64,000 nucleotides of DNA from Marsupella aquatica (Eukaryota; Plantae; Marchantiophyta). The first letter of the stretch is position 1, and every line of letters begins with the position of its first letter. Made by a program: the position numbers and the translations under genes. The stretch lies in assembly GCA_973895155.1 (NCBI GenBank), contig OZ316893.1:16460645-16524644 (forward strand), in the 5' to 3' direction. A model generated the notes under the pieces. The model had not been told where the DNA came from, made no database searches, and saw only the letters and a program-made list of their open reading frames with translations. Shown one piece after another: positions 38,512-52,269 of the stretch.

Positions 38512-41500
38512 ATGGCAACTAATACCATAGAGAAACTCATTTACAGGCCTTAAGTATCGACGGCTCCAACTTCCTCTCCTGGGCACTGGATGCCGAAGCG
38601 CACTTAGCTGCCAAGAATTTACAAGACACTATCCTAACACATGCTGGCCCCTCCCTCCAAGATAAGGCAAAGGCCCTTATCCTTATCAGACACCACCTGA
38701 GTGATTCCCTTAAGCGACAATATATGAATGAGTATAATCCCATAATACTTTGGGACAACCTCCACTCCAGATTTGACCACACCCGAACGATCTTCCTGCC
38801 TACTGCACGCCATGACTGGGTGAACCTCCGAGTGCAAGATCACAAGTCCATAGCTGAATATAACAGCGAGCTCTTCAGAATAGTGGCCCAACTAGCCATA
38901 TGCAGACAACCCCTAACCGACGAAGAACAAATTGAGAAAACACTGTCCACCTTGCACTCCACAAACTTAGTATTATCAACTCAGTATAGGAATATGAGAT
39001 TTACCAAATACTCGGAGCTAATAGCACACATGCTATTAGCAGAAAAACACCAACTCCTACTACTCTAGAACACCCAACAGAGACCCCCTAGCACCATACA
39101 ACCTCGCCCAAACACATAAACATATTACAACAACTTTCGAGAGAGTACTTCCTCAAGGGGCAGCGGAAGGTTCAGGGGGAGAGGCTCCTTTAGAGGCCGC
39201 AGGGGGAGCTTCCCCCACCAGAACAGTCGAGAGCCCACATCTAGAAGCAGAGGCCATGACAGACCCCGTTTTGGAAGTACCAGAGGCAGCTGGAAAAGGG
39301 GAATTAACAATAGATCAGCCCCAAGACCCCAGTACCCTGGAAACCAACAAGAGAGGAGTGAGTACTCACCCACATGCTACAAATGTGGGACGAAGGGCCA
39401 CATCCAAAAGAATTGTAGAGCGGACCATTTTGATTCTTTCTGGCCATAATAGACACCTCATTGAAATGGTCTCAAGTATCACTTCTGTCCACAAGAGACT
39501 TAGTATTCCCAAGGATTTTAGCACACATAATGAAGTTGAAGGCCCAATTCCCCGAGAGCCCAATCAAAATACTGAGGGCCGAGAATGCGGGGGAATTTAC
39601 CTCGAAGACCTTTGATGATTTCTGCCTGGTTGCAGGCATTGATGTACAATACCCAGTGGCTTACGTCCACTTTCAGAATGGGATTGCTGAATCCCTTATA
39701 AAACGCCTGCAAACTATACCCGCCCACTACTTATGCAATCAAAACTACCAACCTCAGCATGGGGCCATGCAATCCTCCATGTAGCAGCACTACTAAACTA
39801 CCGACCATCAGCATATAACTCCACAAACCCACATCACCTAGTACTTGGCACTACTCCAAATATCTCACACCTCCAAACTTTTGGTTGTCAAGTACTAGTA
39901 CCAATTATGGGCCCAAAGAGAACTAAGATGGGTCCCCAGAGAAAGAAAGGAATATATGTAGGATTTGATTCTACAGCAATCATCGGGTACCTAGAACCGA
40001 CAACCACTGACGTATTCAAAGCCCGATTTGCTGATTGCCACTTTTACGAGGAGATCTTCCCAACAACAGGCACAGAACAAACGAAGGACAACCCAAAAAT
40101 GAAAGAACTACAATGGCAGATCCAGTCACAATTCTGGAATGACCCCAGAACGGGCCAAGCAGACACAGAGGTACAACAAATCATACACCTCACAAAAATG
40201 ATGGAGCAGCTCCCGGACTCATTTGCGGATGCAGCAAAAGTAACCCGCTCCCACATACCTGCTGCAAACGCACCATCAAGAATAGGAACAATGAACGAGC
40301 AACCTAGAGAGCAAGCACCCAGAGCAAAGAGAGGACGACCAGTCGGCTCCACGGACAAGCAACCAAGACAAAGAAGGTTGGCAACATTTACCACTCCTTC
40401 AGAAAATCCGGTAAGACCTACAACCGACACACATATAGCAGAGGAAAGAGAAGAGATATCCATCAACTACAATAATACACGACACATATGGGACAGAAAA
40501 TCAACAGAACCAGATGAACATTTTGCTTTACATATATCACAAGAAATCAGAGAACTAGAAGATCCAAAAACAATCAAAGAAGCACGCAATCAACTCTGAA
40601 TTAGACTCGCTCATATCAAGATAGGTCTTCGGATCAATAACACCTGCCCCACAAGACACTCACCTCACTGGATACAAATGGACATTTGTGAACAAAATGT
40701 AACACCAAAGGGGAAGTCATCAGACACAAGGCCAGACTAGTGGCAAAAGGCTTTACTCAAATACCAGGGAGAGACTACAATCTCACCTACTCACCTGTTA
40801 TGGACGTAATCACGTACAGATACCTTATAGCGTTCTCACTTTACCATAAACTCTCAATGCACCAACTAGATATTGTCACAACATACCTGTATGGATACCT
40901 GGATAAAACAATACACATGGAAGCTCCACCTGAGCTTATACAGAGAGCTGCATACCATAGCACGGACACATCAGTCCAACAAGACAAAAATCCACAAACG
41001 GAAGGCCCATTCGGCCATACAAACAAGACAATCCTACAGACTATGTCAAAAGCAATTGCACTAAAACAAGAAAATCAAAATGCCACAAAGCGGCGAATAC
41101 GATTCGCAATGCAAGTGCTTCGCTCACTTTATGTGTTGAAGCAGAGTGGTCAAACCTGGTATGAGAGGTTCAAGGCATAAATGATAGCATTAAACTTTGA
41201 AAATTCAGAAATAGCACCATGCCTCTTCATAAAAAGAGTAGGAGATGAAATGATCATAATTGCTATTTACTGCTATTTATGTGGACGATCTCAACCTATT
41301 CGGCACAAGTAAAATAATGCTGGAAACTATAACCATGCTCAAAAAGATTTTTGAAATGAGAGATCTTGGATACACTACATTCTGTCTTGGCCTACAATTT
41401 GAGCATCTGCCACAGGGAATTTTACTCCACCAGACCACATATACGAGAAAATTGTTGAAGCAATTCAACATGGACAAAGCCCAACCGGTAAAATCTCCCA

Positions 41501-42279
41501 TGGACATAAGGTCCCTCGACAGGGACAAAGACATATTCAGAAAGCGAAAAGAGCACAAACAAGCACTGGGTTCAGAGAAGCCATACCTATCTGCGTTAGG
41601 GGCCCTAATGTTCCTGGCAAACCAGACTCGCCCGGACATTGCTTTCCCTATAAATCTTTTAGCACGTCATAGTGCACAACCCATAGTTTGGCACTGGAAC
41701 GGGATAAAGAGGATTTTCCGCTACCTCTGTGGAACCACAGACTTGGGACTCCTCTACCATACAAATACTAACAACACCATGATAGGATACGCAGATGCAG
41801 GTTACCTGTCAGACACTGATGACGCAAAGTCCCAAACGGGGTATGTATTCTTGATGGGAAAAACCGCCATCTCATGGAAAAGCTCCAAATAGACGTTAAC
41901 AACAACGTCATCCAACCATTTGGAAATTATCGCTCTCTACGAGGCAAGTTGCGAATGCCTCTGGCTAAGAAATTTAATCAACCACATCCATAAACATACA
42001 GGTACGCCTACCCTAACATCACCCACTATGATCTATGAAGACAATAGACCTTGCATAGGTCAAATCCAAGCTGGATTTATTAAAGGCGATCGAACTAAAC
42101 ACATTGCCCCGAAGTTCTTTTTTGCACATGAACATCATGGAGACAACATCAACATTCAGTGGATAGCAAGCCAAGAAAATGTAGCAGACATGTTCCCAAA
42201 GTCATTACCACCAGCTATACACAAAATACATACTGATTCAATCGGAATGCACAGTCTATCCAACCTCACGCAGGAATGA
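38512..42279 (+). pseudogene. pol: Copia Gag-Pol; protease and integrase N-terminus missing
   Basis: Gag DGSNFLSWALDAE and CYKCGTKGHIQKNC, INT ENAGEF...QNGIAE, RT KGFTQ/YVDDL, RH GYADAGYLSD/YEDN/TKHI. Many stops and frameshifts. Confidence 0.9.
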
Positions 42280-42855
42280 AAGAAATTAGACAGGATGCAA
42301 TTCAGGGGGAGACGCATACCTCGACCAGACGAATCAAGAACCAAAACAGAGTCACCAGAGCAGAACCAGCGATGCAAAGACCAGCAGAAACGAAGACCAG
42401 CAGAACCAGCAATGCGAGGACCAGCAACAGAACATAACAACAACTCAAGCGCCACTATCTTCCCCGATACGATCAACAATTCACCTCAATGGAAAAGCGC
42501 ACGCCACCAGCGCAAGAACGCAAACATTCATAAGCCACCGTTCACTACATGAACTATGACTACACGACATGACGAACTTACCTCATGTTACTATTAGAAA
42601 AACAACTTACGATGACTATTATCACATTGTTACTTAACCCAACAATATGGAACCATAGGCTAAGACAATAAAAACCGGATGGTAATACTCTTTCCTCCCA
42701 CAAAAGAAAGTAGGGGAGGTTTTAAGGAGGTTACATCCCCCACAAACTTAGCATAAAAAATTCAGAACCTAGTAATATATAAACCAGATTAACCATTAGG
42801 AGACCTAATATGGGTGTACCATTTCCCCTCTAAAAATGACACACCCAAGGGGGAG

Positions 42856-43039
42856 TGTTATAACCCCAAAGGGTTTAGTCTCCTAACCTTGGATTAATCT
42901 CCAAACCACTATGTTAATCCCCTAATGCTTAGGTGATTAACCCATAGGCAGTTATACCAACCACCTGGATGTACCACCAGGCATGTACTTATATATCTTG
43001 GAGAAATGAGGAAGAGTTGATGTTATGGTGTATTTAACA
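42856..43039 (+). repeat. Copia 3' LTR
   Basis: Direct repeat of 37749-37932. Confidence 0.93.
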
Positions 43040-43900
43040 ATTGTTTCCCAGATATAGGAATGATCGACTCTATCAAAAGCCTTTTCAAAATTCAGTTTCA
43101 GAAAAAGCAAAGGAGTCCGAGTGCAGTGGATCCAGCCATTGGTAAGCCAGGTGAGTGAGATGTTTTTGAGAATGTGTCTGCCGGGTATGAATCCAGTCTG
43201 CTGGGGACTGATCAGCTTGGGCAGGAGCAGTTTCAAACATAGGGCCACCAATTTGGCCAGAAGCTTGTAAGTGATAGTTAGCATGGTTAATGCTCTCCAA
43301 TCGCCCAATCGACGCTTATCAGTTTTCTTTGGTATCAAGCGAATGACACCTTCCTTGATGCAAAAGGCCAGATTTCCAGTTCTCCAGAAATTGCAAATCA
43401 TTGCATGAAAATCAGTTTGTAAGAAATGCCAACATGCCCTGCAAACCTCAGCCGTCATCCCGTCCATGCCAGGAGCTTTGTCATTGGGGAGCAGCATCAA
43501 AGTCTCCTGTAGTTCATGAGTAGATGGAAGTTCTTCCAACATCCTTATCTCAGTGGCCGAGGGGGCAAAGTGGGTGGCTCCGGTCAGCACTCTTCGTGCA
43601 GCAAGTCGCTTCCTGAGGGCCACAGCATCCAAATCAGGGGGCAAGTATAGCTTCTTGCAAAATGTCTGTACTTCCTAAACAATCAATTTCTCATCGCGTA
43701 TTTTGCTTCCTCCTTCAGCAACAAGGTATTCCATTTTTTCCCTCTATCTCTTAGCTTTCACAGTAGCAAAGTAGAACTTGGAAGGTTTGTCCCCTTGCCC
43801 CAGCCATTTAATTCTAGAGAGTCTACGGCAATGATGAGCTTCTTCTAGCTCAAAACCCCTAACATTGCTCTCCGTGCTGGTAAAATCCTTTATGTTGTTA

Positions 43901-45031
43901 GTGGCCTCCACTTTAGTATGCTGTACACCCAATCATCCTGGGTATATAGTGTGGCCCAAATACTCAATCTGGTCTTGGAAGAACTTACACTTGCTAAGAT
44001 GGAGCTTCAACCCATGTGCTCTCAATCTCGCCAACATAGTCTGCAAGTGCTGTCGATGTTCTTCCACAGTAGAAGAATAGACCAAAATATCATCAATATA
44101 ACATCTGACAAAATCCAAACGTGCAAGGATTTGATCCATGACTCTTTGGAACTCAGCTGGTGCATTCTTCAACCCAAATGGTAAGAACAACCACTGATAC
44201 AAACAATCTTTGCCATAAGAATCAATCCCCCAAAATGTTGTCTTGGACCTGTCAGCGGGTATAGCGACGGAGATAGGAAACAGGTAAACAGGAAATGTTT
44301 TTTCTATTTTTAATATGCTGTTACCAGGAAAAAATCACTGTTACCAGGAAAAATGACAATTTAAAAATGTCTCCTAAAACATATTATTTAAAAAAAAAAT
44401 TAACAATGCAACATTTTTGGCTAGCTTTGGGCGCTACTATTAGCAGCGCCGGGCGCTAGCAAATAAAACTGGTCAACCAAAAAAAAAAACTTTTTTTTTC
44501 TCAAAAAAATAAATAAATAAAAAAATTCCACCCATTTTCCTGTTACCAGTTTTTTTTCCTGTTACCAGTTTCTGTTATTAAATCATGTTTCCTGTTTGTT
44601 GTCTTTTGTAAACACCTCCTGTCAGCATGCCTAATTGGAAGCTGATGGTACCCTGCCCTCAGATCCAATGAACTGAAAACCTTTGAATGCCCCATTACAT
44701 CAAAGATCTCCTCAGGTGTGGGCATGGCATATCAATCAGATTTTGTCTGGCGATTAATAGGTCTGTAATCACCACACATGCGTCTATCTGTGTGATTGTC
44801 ATGCACATCTTTCTTGGCTGGCATTACTGTGACATACTCCTCATATGAAATCTCCACCACTCCAGCCTCCAACAAATCTTGAGTTTTGCTTTGAATCAGA
44901 GCTCTCTCCATGTCACTATAACGGTATGGTCTATGAAAGATTGGTGCATCACTAGCCAATTCAATCTGAATACCAGGGCCCTTCAATGTCTCCAAATCCT
45001 TCATGTTGAATGCAAAACAATTGTCAAACAC
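43901..45031 (-). pseudogene. Ty3/Gypsy RT fragment, interrupted by a MITE-like insertion
   Basis: RMCGDYRPIN, LDLRAGYHQLPIRHADR|SKT, LPFGLKNAPAEFQ, YIDDILVYS, YLGH. Confidence 0.88.
44257..44618. mobile_element. 362-bp non-autonomous relative of the 52231-61400 element
   Basis: TSD CTGTCAGC at 44249-44256 and 44619-44626 (extendable to 9 bp). Left end GGGTATAG; both ends align with the large element. Two degenerate TAGCGCC-N-GGCGCTA motifs at 44422 and 44444. Confidence 0.85.
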
Positions 45032-45032
45032 T

Positions 45033-48000
45033 TGTCAAGGAGCTTAAGGGACTTTTCTCCTAAAAAACTACCTACTACCTGCTCCATGTCATACCAGGGT
45101 CACAAAGGATTGACAAAACTTCTGAAATGTGCTTACAATGTCTAATCACTCCATACATAAGTAGTTTCAACTCTCCACTTCTAGAGAGATAGTCCCCTTG
45201 ACTACTTTTTCACTCACACCCTTCCCCTCTCCTCTACTCCAAGGATCAGCAAGGGGGATCTCCATTCCAAGCTGTCACCTTAGAGTAGATTCTCACCCAA
45301 ACACCCAAGAACCCAAAGTATTTTCCTCTTCAAGCTTAAGTCTCCTCAAGACCCTCAAAGTAGTGTTACTCCTCAACCTTGCCCCCCTGGCGTTGGTTTG
45401 GGTCCACACATCCTCTTTGAGCTCTAGAGAACGCTCCTCTATCTAAGGACTCTTCCTCTTGTTCTCACTTCTTGTTAACACCACACACCAAGCAAAGTAC
45501 TTTCCACTCTCAAGCTATAATCCTTTCTAAGTCTCAAAGTAGTGCTCTACCTTAACCTTGCCTCCTTGGCCTTGGTTTTGTAATAGCACATCCCCTTTGA
45601 GCTTAGACCAAGATTACACCATAGCATGGACTCTTCTCTTGCTCTCATACACTTCAAATGCACTCACACTTAATGGTTACAATGAAGATTGAGAAGTATC
45701 ATTTTATTGTATCACCTTTACAACAAAAGTTCACTACACATTCTACACACTAAGCATGGACCACCTCTCCCTTCTCAAGCTTAGCCCTACCTTGGCAAGG
45801 TAGAGATTCCACTTAAGAGATGAGACTCACAGTCCCTAACAAATGAAAACTTATTTCTTATATACTATTCTCCTTCCACACCACACCAAGCTTGACCTGG
45901 GGTCCAACTACTCCTCCCCCAAGTCCTCCTAACACACAAAGTCCAACTCTATAGTTCGTAGCCCACCCTACAACCTATTGTTTGGCCTACTTCCAAGCCC
46001 TGGAATATGCCACCCATGAGTTGCATGCTTTGACCTCCAAACCTTCTCCTACTTATGGTCCTCCTCACCAGCTTTCCAACCCACTTGAAAGCTTGCAAAA
46101 AGAGTGAGTGAGTCTCAAGTTATGCTTAGTCAAAGTTGGCCTTATTTTACTTGTAACCCTTTTACTACCCTAAGTAAACTACCCCCTATATTTACTTTTC
46201 TTAACTTGATGGCCTTACACCTTTGACCAAAGGTAAGTACCCTTCCCTAGAGCCTAACTAAAGTGGTATGGATGCAAGAAAGGTCAGCCCCTAAATCTGG
46301 TATTCATTCCCCTATGCCAACTTTGGTTTGCAAGCCATCGGGACCCCCTTGTGGCCTCGGCTAAAAATATATTTGAGTGATTCTTTTTCTGGGTTTCCAC
46401 CTTCACCAAGGGGTGCCTTACCTTCCCCTAACTCAGCACAAAAAAATTTGGGCCCCAACATATACCCCTAGCCAAAGTTATGCCCATTCTCCCAAGGCCT
46501 ATTTTTGGTGTAAAGCGGGTGTAAGCAGCGACCCGATTATACTTACCTTATACGCCCCTTATGGAGATTCCAGGTGTCACCAGGGGAGAGTACTCTCATT
46601 ATACTCACGTTTCTTATGAAGAGTTTGATAAGGATATCAATTTTTGCAGCCATTTTCCTCTCTCTTGAATTCAATCTGAAACTGCATCATTCTCTGTTGG
46701 ATTCGAATGGCAGCAGGTCAATCTACAGCTCAACCAGGTTTGCAGCACCCTGCTCAGTCCACCTCCATAGCCATCCAGCCTTGCAAGTGATTCAAAATTG
46801 TAGCAGAATTTTGTAGCAGCCATAGCCCACCAATTCGTAGCTAGCCCTCTTAATTCCTTCCTTGCAACTGGTCCGTTTGCTACTACATTCAATCAATTTG
46901 CTAGCAGCCTAGCTCTATTCTCTAGCAGCCGGCCATAGCTCACCCTTCTCAACTTTGTAGCTAGCAGAGCAGCAACACTATTGAGCTTGCAGCATACTTA
47001 CTAATCAGCCAACACTCAACATCTCATGCTTGAAGCTAGCCCTTCTAATTCTGGTGCAGCAGTAAGTCTGATCAGCTGCCAGCCCTTCAATTTCATAGCC
47101 CACCATAGCTCATAGCCAGCCAGCTATCTCTTGATCAGCAGCAACCTATTTCTCCATAGCAAGCAGCTCTATTCCAATCAGCAGCATCAAGGCAGCCAGC
47201 CAATTCTGATCAGCATCCCATGCCTAAAGCTATAGCAGCTCAATTCAATTTCGTAGCTGCCTCTCGATCCCAATTCGAAGCAAGCATCTCATGTATTGAC
47301 CCTTATGGTGTTCCTGACCTCGTGCTTGAGTCGCCCTGGCCTCGTGCTTAAGTCGTGGTCGCCGCCGACGCGGTTGACACTTAGAAAAAATTTTGGATTT
47401 TTTTTGTTGGGAAAACAGTATTTCCAGGCCGTTTTGGACCGCCCCCAAAAAATCACACATGAGTCCAAAATGACTTTTGAGTAGATCTACAGATTCTCTA
47501 GACATATGACTATGTCATGGCTTACTAATATCTAAACAAAACCTTATAAAAGATTTTCTAAAATTAGATAAAGAGGGTTAATTATTATGTTTTCCAAAAT
47601 TCTTCTCAACTTTGAGATGCTCCCAAAAAGTAACCAAAAAGATAACCAAGTTTTACCACAAGTTTCCAGGGATAGAGTGGACTATATTTCACCCACTCCC
47701 AAACTTGGAACTCCTAAATTTACTCATCAGCTATTTTTCCCGGGACCCGCTATTTTGTTAATTTAAGTCGCACCAAAACACAAGGAAACCCTAGGTTGAG
47801 ACCCCACTTGACATCTAACTTTTTAGGGGTGCTCTAGGGACCTCCTAGCATCTATGGGAAAAATCTGAACCAAAACTAAGACTTCAAGTGTCGGGTTATT
47901 TTTTCTGCTCGGAATAGTCGCCTAGTCTAAATAAGGACGGAACGTTGTATGCCCCATCATAAAGACCTTTCTTATCCCTTGTCACTTGCTTACAACTCAG

Positions 48001-48156
48001 TAACCTTCCATTCCTCTATCTTTCCTATTCTACCTACTTAAGTTCCTAAAACCTAGTTACTCCAATAGCACTTAAAATGTCTTTCTTACTATTCCTTGTT
48101 CAAAAAACAAAAAAATGACAAGTTTCTTACATAAACCTATATCGAGCCATTCTACA
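45033..48156 (-). repeat. LTR-derived non-coding region including the 3' LTR start of Gypsy element D; internal boundaries unresolved
   Basis: Minus-strand TGTAGAATG starts at 48156 right after the PPT. Strand-biased low-complexity DNA; TGTCA boundary at 45033. Confidence 0.45.
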
Positions 48157-48189
48157 TAGCCCCCTACTTAAGTGTGCAGCGTCCTCGCA

Positions 48190-49827
48190 AACACACTCAT
48201 TCCTGATTATAATATCGTTTGAATCGATCATGGTGCACTCTAGTAGAAAACACCTCTCCTTCAAGAGTAGCAAGCTAAATTGACCCATTAGCATAAACCT
48301 GGTGAACAACAACCATCGAGTATGCAACTTGCCTGGAAAATGAGCATACCTACTATCATAGAGTAATACCAACTGTCCAGCAAGTAAAGAAGTCGGCTTC
48401 TTCAACTGCTTGTCATGATGTTTCTTCACTTGAGCTTGCTTCTTCTTCAGTTGCTGGCTTGCCTCTTCCCTGATTTCCTCCAACTCCTCCAGCTGGTAAG
48501 CTCTCTCCATCAGACTCTGGTCAGCCTCCATTCGCTCCTCCACACTCACCCTTAAAGTAGGTACTTCAAACTCAACAGGGACAAGTGAGTGCTGTCCAAA
48601 AACTAGGTAGAAAGGACTATGGCCAGTTGTGGTCTTGAAAGCAAGGTTGTAGGAGTACGCTGCTGAGTATAATTTGTCATCCCAATCAGTCTTGTGTGCG
48701 GTCACGGTTTTGTTCAAGATCTTGCCAATAATCCCATTAGCTCTCTCAATCAATCCATTTGCCTTGGGGTGATAGGGAGTGGTCTTCCTATGCTTAATCA
48801 AGTACTAAGTAGTGAGCTCCTCCATGACCTCATTCAAGAAGTGAGTCCCCCTATCACTAACCAATTCGAGAGGTGGCCCAAATCTGGTAAAAAGTTGCTG
48901 ATACATGAACCTTGCTACTGTGAGAGCATTGTCCTTGCTTGTTGGTCGTGCCTCTATCCACTTAGTAGCATAATCAGTTGCAAGAAGTATGTACCGATTC
49001 CTTCTAGACCTGGTCACAGGAGTGATGGGACCTATGAAATCTATACCCCATTTCTCAAAAGGTGCAAGAGGTAAAATGGTGGTAAGAGGGTGATGCCGAG
49101 AGTGAGTTGGTTTACCTGTCCTTTGGCAAGGGTCACATCCCCTCACAAAAAGACTTACATCCTTATGAAGTGTTGGCCACCAATACCCTGCATCAAGGAT
49201 CTTCCTTGCTGTTGTTGCACTTGCATAATGGCCACCAGCCTCCTCCTCATGCATAGCTCTCATCACAATGGAGATTTCCTTCTTCTCCAAACACCTCCTT
49301 AGTCTCCCATCAACTCCTTCCTTGTGAAGGACACCCTTCACCAATAAGTAGGGTCTGACTTTTTGCAGGAAAACAGCAGCCTCCTCTTGGTTCAAATCTC
49401 TTGGTAGCCGGGTTGTGAGAAGAAATTGGATGATATCCAAGTACCATGTATCCCCTCCACTTCCCACATGAAAGAGGTCTTCATCTGGAAACTGATCATC
49501 CACTTCCTTCAAGTCCTCTTCTCCTTCAATCCTTGAGAAGAAGTCTGCATTCCCATGCTTCTTACCAGGCCTGACCCGCACCTCATAATCAAACTCTTGG
49601 AGCAACAAGATCCACCTTGCCACTCTACCAGTTACATCAGGTTTATTCACCATATACTTGAGAGCATTGTGATCAGTATGGAAGACCACCTTATAGCCCA
49701 ACAAGTAGTGCCTAAACTTCTTACAAGAGTAGATGATGCCTAGAGCTTCTCTATCGGTTGGTGAGTAATTCTTTTCAGCGGGTGCTCAAAGTCTACTTGC
49801 AAAGTAGACAGGGTGATCCTTATTCTG
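48190..49827 (-). pseudogene. RNase H C-terminus and integrase of element D
   Basis: HTDHNALKY, GGHY...CDPCQR, WGIDFIGP, SDRGTHF, YHPKANG. Confidence 0.9.
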
Positions 49828-51577
49828 TGTAATACAGTACATTAGTTAGAAATGATAGAAAAATTATAAATTTTGAACTTTTTCTAAGTCAATGGTGCAA
49901 TATAGTTACTTTTTGTAGCAATTTAGATCAACTGAACACTTTACCTAATGTCATGCTACACTACACCGGAGACTACTTCCTGTTCTGGATATTGAACGAC
50001 AGCGGAAGTCTTTACCTTTCTATCGGCATTACACTCAAGACATGGATGTAATTCAAGAAGCTATGCAAGAGAATACCTACACAAGAGTTCAGCAACCAGA
50101 TCAGACAACACTATTCCAACAAGATTAGTTCTCCTACAACAATAGTTAAGATCAGCCGATCTCTACAATTTTAGTTAAATAGTTAAAGTAGTTAGAAAAG
50201 TCTCATACTTTTTCAGGAGATAGCCCTTATGTAGCAGACCCTCCCCTGAAAATATTAGCCAAAATCGACATGTTGTTTAGAAGTTATAGCATTTTTAGTT
50301 TTGCTTAAGTGTAAGTGCGCAAAGGCGCAACGGCGCTTCCGACACTTGGAAAATTTTCCAGAATAGTGTATTTTTTATCCGACAGCACTTTTCACCGATT
50401 TTATTAAGGCACTTAGACATCTCAAAAAAGTCTAAAATTTTGCAAGCATGTAGCATGTATATAAATCTTCCACCTAGGAAAGTTTCACCCTATTTTGACT
50501 TTTATGTTAGAAATTAAAATTCCGATAAATTCACTATTTATTAGTTTTACCACAAAAGTGCAAAAAACACTTTTACTCCAGTTTACACTAGGGATAACTT
50601 TTGGTTAGTTTTTCATTCCAACAACATTCTAGTGAACCTTGAGTACTCTTATAGCATATTTTCATACTTTTTACTTTAGTTTATGATCCTTAAGATGTGA
50701 CAGGGCATGTCCTTTCATTATCTTTTTTCCCCTTTAGTTTCTGCTAGCCTATATGTAGTAGAGTTTTTGCCACTTTTTGTGTGAAGAAATTTTATGAGCC
50801 CTCAGTTGCAAGATTGCAACTTTGTTACCTCCATTTGTAGCAAGCACTCCATTGCATATGAGTACTTAATACAAAGGAATTTTTCCCCCTTCAAGTCTAA
50901 ATGAATGAGAAGTTTGGACCCTTGAAGTAAAATTATTGTGATTGTTAAATCTTTTGAGTATGTGGAAATAGATTCCTTGTTGGTGATGTTTCACATATTC
51001 CTTAGTTCTTGATGCATAGTTTTTGACGTGACATTGCTTGTGCACGGGATGCAAAGATTGTTACTTACCAATTACTTATGGCTTCAAATTTGATTATGAT
51101 GGTGTCTCTTATTTGTGACACAAAGTACCGATTGGATACAGAAGTGATTGATTACTAGTCTCCACTCAGTACCTTGGAAGGAAAAGTTGAGACATGTTGA
51201 CGGCATTTTAGTAATCATCCTAGTACCGTAATCCTTTCCAAAAATGTTCTTGCGGATATACCACCTAAATCATATCAAATGAAGTTATGTTGAGGAGTCA
51301 CCTTGGTTGTTTCCTAACTCCCTCACCATACCTCAAGATTTTCATTGTGTTTTATTAATTGTTTCTATTTGTTAATTTTATTTTTAATGTCAAGCAGACA
51401 TTTAAAACTATGCCTTGCTGAGCAACCATAGTAAAAGGCTCAACTTTGTGTTTTTGTTACCTTATTCATTCATAAGTGCTAAATCATAGAAAATCATTCC
51501 TTAAATGTTCTTCCATGGGAACGAATACCAAGTTTTGGATCTTAAATGTTCATTTATGTCCCTAGTGTGATACTACA
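49828..51577 (+). mobile_element. Solo LTR, family B, short form (1750 bp)
   Basis: TGTAATA...TACTACA; TSD TTCTG at 49823-49827 and 51578-51582. Retains only the last ~56 codons of the LTR-B ORF. Confidence 0.92.
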
Positions 51578-51582
51578 TTCTG

Positions 51583-52230
51583 GTCATCAAGTTGACTGAG
51601 CACCACACCAATACAAAAACCAGACACATCCACATACACATGGAATTTTCTACTCCAATCAAGTGCTATCAAGATAGGAGCTTCAACCAACCTGTTCTTC
51701 AACTCCTGGAAACTTGCTAGCCTCTCAACTGAGGGTTCGACCTCAGCCCCGTTCTTAAGCATGCTGGTTAGGGGTAAAGCTACTTTAGCAAAGTCCTTAA
51801 TGAACCTTCTATAGTAGTTTAACATCCCAAGAATCCCCTCAACTCTGTTACTGAAGTTGGAAATTGGACAGCCATCCAAACAGCCACCTTTTCTTGATCC
51901 ACCTCGATGCCTTTCTTGGATACCTTGTGACCAAGTAGTATCCCTTCTTCCACACCAAAGAAGCACTTCCCTGGGTGAGCTTCAAACCAACTTTCCTACA
52001 TCTTTGGAAGGTCATCCTCAAATGTTCAACATGGTCCTTCCTCCTTCCAAAAACAGCAAAGTCATCTATGAATACTTCCAAGAACTTTCTCAAGTAGTCA
52101 TGAAAGATATTCATCATCAACCTTTGGAACATACCAGGGGCATTACAAAGACCAAAAGGCATCCTCCGAAAGGCATAAATCCCCCACTCAGTAGTAAAGG
52201 CTGTCTTCAACTGGTCCTCCTTCCTTATCC
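51583..52230 (-). pseudogene. RT/RNase H segment of element D
   Basis: KTAFTTEWG, MPFGLCNAP, FIDD, YYRRFIKDFA, VDVSG. Confidence 0.9.
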
Positions 52231-52269
52231 GGGTATAACCACCATGCTAGCAAACAGTAAATAGATATT

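Larger units (their letters stand above)
37749..43039 (+). mobile_element. Ty1/Copia LTR retrotransposon, Bianca-like, internally deleted
   Basis: 184-bp LTRs; TSD ATTGT at 37744-37748 and 43040-43044; PBS TGTTATCAGCACG; PPT AAGGGGGAG at 42847-42855; INT-RT-RH order. Confidence 0.93.
35669..43900 (-). mobile_element. LINE (L1-like) ORF2 remnant, split by a Copia insertion
   Basis: KAPGMDG, WRALTML, FEKAFDRV, RGVRQGCPLSPLLF, FADD, KYLGAP and zf-RVT C..C..ETIPHLFFQC in ORFs 42952-43644, 37206-37745, 36848-37366 and 36016-36231. Confidence 0.9.

Noticed and set aside
46690-47260. TAGCAGC/CAGC-rich stretch as a coding region
   Set aside because: Low-complexity degenerate repeat without a sustained ORF; more likely LTR filler.
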